Shown: positions 19,348-27,727 of the stretch, piece by piece
Numbering within the stretch: the stretch's first letter is position 1
How the letters are laid out: each line of letters begins with the position of its first letter
Source of the DNA: an uncultured Acidobacteriota bacterium
Lineage (GTDB): Bacteria; Acidobacteriota; Vicinamibacteria; Vicinamibacterales; UBA2999
Length of the DNA: 64,000 bases
Assembly (NCBI GenBank): GCA_902826065.1
Contig: CADEDM010000003.1
Span: 8,045 to 72,044, forward strand
Direction of reading: 5' to 3'
Made by a program: the position numbers and the translations under genes
The notes under the pieces: generated by a model
Databases searched by the model: none
Told to the model about the DNA's origin: nothing
What the model saw: the letters and a program-made list of their open reading frames with translations, nothing else

Positions 19348-20555
19348 CTACTCGTGGCGCAACGCGTCTATCGGGTCGAGGTGCGCGGCCCGCCGTGCCG
19401 GCAGGTAGCCGAAGAGCACGCCCATCCCCGCCGAGAAGAGGAACGCCACCAGGTTGATCCGCGGGTCGAAGGCGAATGGCACCTGCATCAGGCGGGCGAG
19501 GCCCATCGACGCGCCGGCCGCAAGGGCCAGGCCGATGGCCCCGCCCAGCGACGACAGCGTCACGGCCTCGACCAGGAACTGCAGCAGCACCTCGCGCTCG
19601 AGCGCGCCGATGGCGAGCCGCGTGCCGATCTCGCGCGTGCGCTCCGTGATCGACACCAGCATGATGTTCATGATGCCGATGCCGCCCACGAGCAGACTCA
19701 CCGCCGCCACCGCGCCGAGCAGCATGGTCAGCAACTCCGTCGTGCCGGTCATGGCACGGGCGATCTCCTGGGTGTCGAGCACGGTGAAGTTGTCGGTGGT
19801 GCCATCTGCGAGATGCCGGCGCTCGCGCATCAGCTGCTCGACCGAGGTCCTGACGCGGTCCACCGCCGCGCCACTGCGCACCGACAGCTGAATCTGGCCG
19901 ACGTCCTGCGAGCCGGTCACGCGGCGTTGCAGGGTTCGCAGCGGAATGATGACCGCGTCGTCCTGATCGCGACCCATCGAGGCCTGGCCCTTCGAGCGGA
20001 GGAGCCCGACGACCTCACACGAGAACTGCTTCACGCGGATGGTGCTTCCGACAGGGTTGGCGGTGCCGAAGAGGCGCTGGCGGACCGTCTCGCCCATCAC
20101 GCACACGGCCGACCCGCCGCGCTCTTCGGCGTCGGTGAAGACGCGGCCCGAGGCCAGCGTCCAGTTGCCGAGGTGAAACCATGCCGAGGTCGTGCCGGTG
20201 ACCGTGGTGGTCCAGTTCTTCGCCTGCGCCACGACCGTCACGCTCTGGCCGGCGCTGGGCGCCACGCCCGCGAGGCCGCCGATCTGCGTCGCGATGGCCT
20301 CGGCGTCTGCCACCTTGAAGCGAGGCGCGCTGGCGCCGGCCGATCCCGGGCCACCGCGTTGCCCGGGCATCACGATCAGCAGGTTGCTGCCCAGGCTCGC
20401 GATCTGCGCCGACACCGACTGCGTCGTCCCGTTGCCCAGCGTGACCATCGTCACCACCGCCGAGACGCCGATGACGATCCCCAGCATGGTGAGCACCGAC
20501 CGCATGGCGTTGCGCCCGAGGCCCTTCAGCGCCAGCACCATCGTGTTGACGAGCA

Positions 20556-20556
<1 letters not shown>
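19348..20556 (-). CDS. MacB-type ABC transporter permease (single FtsX domain, 4 TM plus periplasmic domain)
   Basis: 402 aa from the ATG at 20554-20556 (MLVNTMVLALKGLGRNAMRSVLTMLGIVIGV). The 661-aa track ORF is an out-of-frame read-through extension. Ends LDPIDALRHE*. ATGA overlap with the ATPase stop. Confidence 0.92.
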
Positions 20557-21307
<751 letters not shown>

Positions 21308-21311
<4 letters not shown>

Positions 21312-22606
21312 GACGCGGCTCCCGTGCCGGCATCGGTGATCACCGCATCGCCCGGTTTCAGGTCGCCGCTGAGAATGACCGTCTGGCGGCCGTCGGTGAC
21401 GCCGGTGGTGACCGGCACCGCGTGGGGCGTGCCATCGCGGAGCACCCAGAGCTTGCGCGAGCCATCGGTGGCCGCGGCCTCGGCGGGCTTCGCCGCCTGG
21501 CCGCGCGACGGACCGGGCAGCAGGCTGCCGACGAAGCCGCGGCTGCGCGTCGTGGTCGCGGCCGCCGGCGTGAAGCGCAGCGCCCCGTTCGGCACGAGCA
21601 GCGCGTCGTCGACCGAGGCGGTGGCGATGTCCGCCGACGCGGTCATGCCCGGGCGCAGGCTGAGATCGTCGTTGTCGACCACCAGCACGGTCGCGTAGGA
21701 CACGACGTCGGCCGTGGTGGTGGCGCCGTAGGCCACGCGCGTCACGTTGGCGGAGTAGTCCCGTCCGGGCCAGGCGTCGACGGTGAACGTCGCCGACTGC
21801 CCGTCGCGGACACGGCCCACGTCGGCCTCGTCGACGTCGACCTCGAGCTCCATCTGCTTGAGGTCCTCCGCAATCTGGAACAGCGTGGCCACTTGCAACG
21901 ACGCCGCCACGGTCTGGCCGGGTTCGACCGTCCGCTTCAGCACGATGCCGTCGATGGGCGAGCGGATCGAGGCCTTGGCGAGGTTCGTGCGATCGGTGCT
22001 GAGCGTGGCGCGAGCCTCGGTCACCGCCGCCGCGGCGTTCTGCCGGCCGGCGTCGGCACGTGCGAACGTCGCCTCGCCGGTGTCCATCTCGGCTTTCGAA
22101 GGGACCTTGCCGTCCGACAACGCGAACACCTCGCGCAGGCGTTCGAGCGACGCCGTGGCTTCCTTCACCGTCGCCTCGGTCACCGCGAGCTGCGCCTCCG
22201 CGGCGGTCAGCGACGCCTCGGAGCGGCGAATCTGGTCCTGCAGCTTCGACGTGTCGAGCTGCGCCAGGAGCTGCCCTTTCTTCACGTGCGAGTTGTCGTC
22301 GACGAACACGGCGTCGACCAGGCCAGAGAGCTCCGAGCCGACATCGACGGTGTTCGTGGGCCTCAGCGTGCCGGTGGCGGCGACCCGCACGTGCAGGCTG
22401 CCGCGCGCGACCGGCTCGGTGACGTAGGCGGGTCCGGCCGAGGCCGGCGACACCGCCGTGAGGTAGCGCACACTGAGCCCGACGCCGAGGATGGCCGCGG
22501 CCACCGCGGCCCAGACCGCCATCCGGCGGCGCCATCCGGCGGCGCCATCGTCGGCCAGCAGGCGCGCGAGATCGTCCTGGGTGTGGGTCTGCACGTTGGT
22601 CGTCAT
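21308..22606 (-). CDS. macA: MacA/HlyD-family periplasmic adaptor (membrane fusion protein)
   Basis: 432 aa. It has an N-terminal TM segment, a coiled-coil hairpin (LDTSKLQDQIRRSEASLTAAEAQLAVTEATVKEA) and a beta-barrel C-terminus. ATGA overlaps at both ends. Confidence 0.9.
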
Positions 22607-24051
22607 GATCCGGTCGCCTCCGCACCCGTGGCCGGCGACCAGCCGCCTCCGAGCGCCTTGTAGAGCTGCACCAGCGCTGCCACCCGGTCGCCTTCGGTCA
22701 CCGCCACGCTCTCCTGCGCGGACAGCACCGTGCGCTCGGTGTTCAGCACCGTCTGGAAATCCGCGAGGCCCGCCGCGTACTGCGTCCGCGCCAGCGTCGC
22801 CGCGGTGTCGGCCGCGGCGCGCGCCGCCTGCAGCGACACGAGCCGTTGCCGGTTGCCCTCGAAGGCGACCAGCGCGCGCTCGACATCCTCGAGCGCCGTC
22901 AGCACCGCGCCTTCGTAGCCGGCCACGGCCTGCGCCGCCACCGCGCTCTGCGCGGCGATGGCGTTGCGAGTGCGGCCGCGGTCGAACAGCGTGCGCGACA
23001 GCGCGCCCGCGAGCGACGTCGCCACCGACGTGCCGGCGCTGCCCGCGCCCTTCAGCACCTCGGCGCCGATCGACCCGGACAGCGTGAGCGAGGGGAAGCG
23101 ACGCGCGTCGGCCTCGGCCACGCGCGAGGCCTCGGCCGCCACCCGTCGCTCGGCGGCGCGCCCGTCGGGCCGCTGGCGCAGGGTGTCCGCCGGAATGCCG
23201 ATGGCGAGCGACTCCGGCACCGCGGGCAGCGGCGCCGGGATGCGCAACGTGTCGACCAGCGCGCCCGGCGCGTCGCCACCCAGCGTCGCGAGCCGGAACA
23301 TCGCCTGGCTGATGCTGGCCTCGAGCGTCGGAATCGAGGCCCGCGTCTGTTCGAGGTTGGCGCGCGCCTGCTCGACGTCGAGCGTGCTGACGAGGCCGGC
23401 CTGGGCTCGGAAGCTCGTGAGCGTGAGTGTCTCCTGCTGACTCGCGGCGTTCTTCTGCGCGATGTCGAGCCGCGCCTGCAGCGTGCGCAGCTCGAGATAC
23501 GAGGTCGCGACCTCGGCCGCCAGCGACACGTAGACGCCGTCGAGGTCGGCGGCGGTGGCCGCGAGGTCGGCGGTGGCCGCGTCACGTCCGGCACGCAGCC
23601 CACCGAAGATGTCGGGTTCCCAACTCGCGTCGAGCGTGCCGCCGTAGGAGCCGCTCGTGACGTCGACGATGCTCGTCTGGCCATCCAGGCCCACGGCCCG
23701 CTGGCCGCTCCGCCGCCCCGTTCCCGACGCGGAAACGCTCACGGTCGGCCACAGCGCGGCCGCCGCCTGGGCGTGCTGCGCCCGCGCCTGGCGCAGACGG
23801 GCTTGCGCGACGTGCAGATCGGGATTGGCCGCGAGCGTGCGTTCGACGAGCGACGTCAGCGTCGCGTCGTGGAGTCGCTCCCACCACCGGGTGAGATCGG
23901 CGCGAGTGGCGACGGACGCGCCGCCGGCGCTCGACGTCCACGCCACCGGCTGCACTGGCTGCGCCGTCAGCGTCGGCGCGCGGGAGATCGCGCACCCTGA
24001 CAGCAGTGTCAGGCTCGCGATCACAGGCAGGGCTCGGGACCACCGCGTCAT
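22603..24051 (-). CDS. NodT/TolC-family outer-membrane efflux lipoprotein
   Basis: The ATG at 24051 is preceded by AGGAG. Lipobox LTLLSGC. Two TolC-like repeats. The track ORF extends to a GTG at 24090. Confidence 0.9.
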   Translation of the reverse strand: MTRWSRALPVIASLTLLSGCAISRAPTLTAQPVQPVAWTSSAGGASVATRADLTRWWERLHDATLTSLVERTLAANPDLHVAQARLRQARAQHAQAAAALWPTVSVSASGTGRRSGQRAVGLDGQTSIVDVTSGSYGGTLDASWEPDIFGGLRAGRDAATADLAATAADLDGVYVSLAAEVATSYLELRTLQARLDIAQKNAASQQETLTLTSFRAQAGLVSTLDVEQARANLEQTRASIPTLEASISQAMFRLATLGGDAPGALVDTLRIPAPLPAVPESLAIGIPADTLRQRPDGRAAERRVAAEASRVAEADARRFPSLTLSGSIGAEVLKGAGSAGTSVATSLAGALSRTLFDRGRTRNAIAAQSAVAAQAVAGYEGAVLTALEDVERALVAFEGNRQRLVSLQAARAAADTAATLARTQYAAGLADFQTVLNTERTVLSAQESVAVTEGDRVAALVQLYKALGGGWSPATGAEATGS

Positions 24052-24096
24052 CGTCGTCTCCTGATTGATTGGACGACGGCGGCGCGTCACCTCCCG

Positions 24097-25452
24097 TCAA
24101 GACTGGTCGGAAACGGGTAAAGAAACGTCAGGCGCAGGTATCGGCAGGTGTCGGGACACGCGCAGCACGACGAGCAGGCCGCCGTCGGGCGCATTCTCGG
24201 CGGTGATGGCGCCGCGATGCACCGCGATGGCGCGCCGGGCGATGGCCAGGCCCAGGCCGACGCCGCCGCGATCGCGCTCGCGCCCGCGCTCCACGCGGTG
24301 GAATGGCGTGAAGATGCGCTCGAGCTCGTCGGCCGGCACGCCGGGGCCGTGATCGCGCACGTGGATCTCGACGTCGTCGCGGCCGGCGATGACGGCGATC
24401 TCGACGTCGGTCGACGCCGCCGTGTGGCGGACGCCGTTGCGCACCACGTTGTCGATGGCGCTGGCCAGCAGCCGCGCGTCGCCCGGCACGGTGACGTCGT
24501 CGGCGCGGACGATGCGCACCTGCTTGTGCTGCCGCTGCGCTTCGTAGCTGGCGTCCTCGGCGACGCGCTCGACCACCTCGCGTACCGACACCGGTACCAT
24601 CTCGATCGGGATGACGCCGCTCTCGGCCCGGGCGAGGGTGAGCAGGCGGCCGACCAGGTCGTTCATGCGCCCGGCCTCGCGCTCGATGCGGTCGAGGTCG
24701 TCTCCGGCCTCCGGGCCGGCCTTGCGGCGGGCGAGTTCGAGCGCCACGTTCAGCCGCGCCAGCGGCGACCGCAGTTCGTGCGAGATGTCCGACAGCAGTT
24801 GCGTCTGCGCGTGCACGAGCGCGCCGAGGCGGCCGGCCATCGCGTCGAAGTCGCGGACCAGGTCGCCGATCTCGTCACGCCGACGTCCGACCTGTGGGCC
24901 GGCTCTGGCGGCGAGGTCCCCCGCAGCGAGGCGCCGGCTGGCATCGCGCACCTGCGACAGCGGCCGCGCCAGGCGCGCTGCCAGCACGAAACACGCGAGA
25001 CCGGAGACGAGCAGCGCGATCAGCATCGTGCCGGTCGGGAAGCGCGGCTGCACCGCCAGCGCGCGGAACCCGCGTTGCGGGATGCCGACGACGGTGACGG
25101 CGGGGCCCGCGGCACTCGACACCGACGTCTCGACGACCTCGCGCAGGCGGCTGCCGTCGGTCGACACGCGCGCCGCCTCGAGCGACAGGCCGTCGGGACC
25201 GCACACCTCGGCGCCGGTCGCGTCGCGCAGGATGACGAACAGCCGCGTGTCGCCGAGGACGGCCGTCGCGAACTCGCGGCAGCGCGCGGCGCCGTGGGTC
25301 TCGAGCAGGGTGGTCGCGATGCGGCCGTTCTGGGCGACGTGATCGAGCAGCCGCGGTCCCGGCCCGTCGTCGGGCAGCAGCGCCAGCGTGCCGATCATCA
25401 GCCAGAAGATCAGCCAGAAGCTCAGGAAGATCTTGAGGGCGAGGCCACGCAT
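24097..25452 (-). CDS. Sensor histidine kinase (CpxA/BaeS-like: periplasmic loop, HAMP, HisKA, HATPase_c)
   Basis: The start MRGLALKIFLSFWLIFWL (ATG 25452) lies inside a 475-aa ORF. H-box SDISHELRSPLARL, N-box VVRNGVRHT, and G-boxes DHGPGVP / GGVGLGLAI. Confidence 0.92.
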   Translation of the reverse strand: MRGLALKIFLSFWLIFWLMIGTLALLPDDGPGPRLLDHVAQNGRIATTLLETHGAARCREFATAVLGDTRLFVILRDATGAEVCGPDGLSLEAARVSTDGSRLREVVETSVSSAAGPAVTVVGIPQRGFRALAVQPRFPTGTMLIALLVSGLACFVLAARLARPLSQVRDASRRLAAGDLAARAGPQVGRRRDEIGDLVRDFDAMAGRLGALVHAQTQLLSDISHELRSPLARLNVALELARRKAGPEAGDDLDRIEREAGRMNDLVGRLLTLARAESGVIPIEMVPVSVREVVERVAEDASYEAQRQHKQVRIVRADDVTVPGDARLLASAIDNVVRNGVRHTAASTDVEIAVIAGRDDVEIHVRDHGPGVPADELERIFTPFHRVERGRERDRGGVGLGLAIARRAIAVHRGAITAENAPDGGLLVVLRVSRHLPIPAPDVSLPVSDQS

Positions 25453-25456
25453 GACG

Positions 25457-26158
25457 TCACCCCGCGGCCGGCGTGCGGACGTAGACGTAGCCGACGCCGC
25501 GGACGCTGCGGATGCGGTCGTCACCCGCCGGGCCGGGGCCCAGCTTCTTCCGCAGGTTGCTGACGTGCATGTCGACGCTGCGGTCGAAGGGGTCGTAGCG
25601 GCGGCCGAGAATGGTCTCGACGATGCGCTCGCGCGGCACCGGCTCGCCGGCCGAGTCGAGCAGGGCGCCCAGGATGTCGAACTCCACGCTCGTCAGGTCC
25701 ACGGCGGCGCCGCCGCGTTCGACATGACGCGCGGCCTGATCGAACACGACGTCGTCGACGCGCACGACCCGCCGGCTGCCCGGCGCCGTGCGAGGCTCCG
25801 CGCGACGCAGCACCGCCCGGATGCGGGCGGTGAGCTCACGGGTGTTGAACGGCTTGGGCAGGTAGTCGTCGGCGCCCACCTCGAGGCCGACGATGCGGTC
25901 GATGTCCTCGCCGCGCGCCGTCAGCAGGATGACCGGCAGCGCCGAGCGGCGCCGGATGTCCCTCAGGATCTCGAGCCCGCTCATCACCGGCAGCATGACG
26001 TCGAGCACGACGAGGTCGTAGCTCCCGGCGATCGCGCGGTCGGCCGCGCCGGCGCCCGTGGCCAGCGTGTCGATCTCGAACCCCTCGGGCGTGAGGAGCT
26101 CCGCGAGCAGGCGAGTCAGCTCGACGTCGTCGTCGATGAGCAACAGGCGGGCTGGCAT
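25457..26158 (-). CDS. OmpR/PhoB-family response regulator
   Basis: ATG at 26158 gives MPARLLLIDDDVELT. Receiver Asp in LVVLDVMLP. C-terminal winged helix RGVGYVY. The stop lies 4 nt before the kinase start. Confidence 0.93.
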   Translation of the reverse strand: MPARLLLIDDDVELTRLLAELLTPEGFEIDTLATGAGAADRAIAGSYDLVVLDVMLPVMSGLEILRDIRRRSALPVILLTARGEDIDRIVGLEVGADDYLPKPFNTRELTARIRAVLRRAEPRTAPGSRRVVRVDDVVFDQAARHVERGGAAVDLTSVEFDILGALLDSAGEPVPRERIVETILGRRYDPFDRSVDMHVSNLRKKLGPGPAGDDRIRSVRGVGYVYVRTPAAG

Positions 26159-26240
26159 GACCGGTGCGCGAGCCGCGGCCACTGGCCGCGGTCCGCCTCC
26201 GTATTCTCGATGATTCCAGCATGGTGGCGGGCGCGATGCC

Positions 26241-26278
26241 GTCAGGAATCGCCGTCAATCGTCAGGAATCGTCAACGG
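26241..26278. promoter_or_regulatory. Direct-repeat array (GTCAGGAATCG x2 plus GTCAATCG / GTCAACGG), candidate OmpR-family regulator binding site
   Basis: GTCAGGAATCG occurs at 26241-26251 and 26261-26271, exactly 20 bp apart. GTCA-containing half repeats lie at 26254 and 26271. The array is 83-120 nt upstream of the response regulator start (26158). Confidence 0.45.
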
Positions 26279-26405
26279 AGGCGGCCACCCGCGGCGACGG
26301 CGGCGCGGATCCCGGTGTCGATTCGTCCCGGCGCGGATGCCACCGGTCCCACGGGGCTTGCAGTGTGCGGGCCCGACGACGGAGGCTGTAGCCACCGGAG
26401 GCCGC

Positions 26406-27308
26406 ATGAGACACCCAGGCACACGACGGCGGACTTGGCGCTCGGCGATCGCCCTCGCCGGTATCGCGCTCGTCGAAGCGGCGGGTCCGCTGGCCCAGGA
26501 GTCGCCGGCGATGCTCGGCCGTGGGGTGGTGTCCACCGACGCCCCGGAGTTCGCGACCTCCTTCATGCCCGACGGGCGCGAGGTCTATTTCAACCGCGCC
26601 TCCGCCGACCGGGCCACGCTGCAGATCATGTGGGCGCGCCGCGACGCGGCGGGCGTGTGGTCCGCGCCGGAGGTCGTGGCGTTCTCGGGCACGTTCCGCG
26701 ACGTCGACCCATTCGTCACTCCGGACGGCCGGCGGCTGTATTTCACGTCGGATCGGCCGCGCCGGCCGGGCGGCCCGAGGACGTTCGCGACCTGGTACGT
26801 CGAGCGGAGCGGCGCCGGCTGGAGCGCGCCCGTCGACCCCGGTCCGCCGTTGAACTCCGAGGCCGGCGACGTCTTCTTCACGGTGGCGCGCGACGGCGAG
26901 GCCGTCTTCACGTCGAGCCGCGGCGGCGCCTCCCGGATCTACGCGACCCGCGATCGCGGCGGGCGTTGGGACGCCCCGACACCGATCACCCTGGGCACGA
27001 CCGTCGATGGCGGCAATCCCGCGATCGCGCCGAGCGGCCGTTTCCTGGTCGTCGTGCGCGTTCCCGCGGGCGGCACCCCGGACCTGTTCGTGTCGTGTCG
27101 CACCACCGGCGGGTGGAGCGAGCCGCGGGCCCTGACGGCGATCAACACGCCGTTCGCCGACTTCGCGCCGTCGGTCGACGCCGCCGAGACCACCCTCACG
27201 TTCACGTCCGAACGGCCCGGCGTCGTCGCCGCACAGCCCGAGGGGGTGCGGCCGCCCGGCGATCTCTACCAGATGTCGCTGACCGCCGCCGGCGTGCGCT
27301 GTCCGTAG
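26406..27308 (+). CDS. Exported PD40/WD40-like beta-propeller protein (TolB-like)
   Basis: ATG at 26406 (MRHPGTRRRTWRSAIALAGIALVEA). Repeated motifs: FMPDGREVYF, VTPDGRRLYFTSDR, VARDGEAVFTSSR, IAPSGRFLVV. Confidence 0.75.
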   Translation: MRHPGTRRRTWRSAIALAGIALVEAAGPLAQESPAMLGRGVVSTDAPEFATSFMPDGREVYFNRASADRATLQIMWARRDAAGVWSAPEVVAFSGTFRDVDPFVTPDGRRLYFTSDRPRRPGGPRTFATWYVERSGAGWSAPVDPGPPLNSEAGDVFFTVARDGEAVFTSSRGGASRIYATRDRGGRWDAPTPITLGTTVDGGNPAIAPSGRFLVVVRVPAGGTPDLFVSCRTTGGWSEPRALTAINTPFADFAPSVDAAETTLTFTSERPGVVAAQPEGVRPPGDLYQMSLTAAGVRCP

Positions 27309-27350
27309 GCGGCCATTCCTGCGCGCGGTGTGCGTGCCGATGTTGTGTTT

Positions 27351-27373
27351 CTACCGTAGGTGATCTACGGTAG
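27351..27373. promoter_or_regulatory. Perfect 9-5-9 inverted repeat, candidate PadR auto-operator
   Basis: CTACCGTAG-gtgat-CTACGGTAG. The arms are exact reverse complements. It ends 12 nt upstream of the PadR ATG (27386). Confidence 0.55.
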
Positions 27374-27385
27374 GCGTCATACGCC

Positions 27386-27721
27386 ATGGACGCCACGCGC
27401 ACCGACCTCGTCAAGGGCACCCTCGATCTGCTGATCCTGCAGGCCCTCGACCGCGAGCCGATGCACGGCTGGGGCATCGCCGAGAGCATCGAGACGCACT
27501 CGAACGCGGTGTTCCTGCTGCAGACCGGCACCGTCTATCCGGCCCTGCACCGGCTGCTGAAGCGGGGGCTCATCGCCGCGGAATGGCGCGCCAGCGCCAA
27601 CAACCGCCAGGCGCGGTTCTATCGCCTGACTGCCGCCGGGAGGCGGCGCCTCGCGGCGGAGCGGGCGTCGTGGAAACGCGTGAGTCTGGCCGTCAACCGC
27701 GTGATCGACGCGCTGTCGTGA
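27386..27721 (+). CDS. PadR-family transcriptional regulator (acidobacterial type)
   Basis: 111 aa. Motif: KGTLDLLILQALDREPMHGWGIAESI...GTVYPALHRLLKRGLI...RFYRLTAAG. Confidence 0.93.
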   Translation: MDATRTDLVKGTLDLLILQALDREPMHGWGIAESIETHSNAVFLLQTGTVYPALHRLLKRGLIAAEWRASANNRQARFYRLTAAGRRRLAAERASWKRVSLAVNRVIDALS

Positions 27722-27727
27722 GCGAGA

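Noticed and set aside
16037-19408. Very long antisense ORFs, for example 16037-19408(+) at 1123 aa. Others are 13404-16250(+), 9516-11687(+), 37877-40501(+), 28166-30742(-), 30878-32905(-), 54313-56727(-) and 61764-63662(-).
   Set aside because: Their translations are Arg/Gly/Ala/Pro/His-rich with no recognisable motifs. They lie opposite genes with clear family signatures and a strong GC3 bias. They are typical shadow ORFs of a roughly 70% GC genome.
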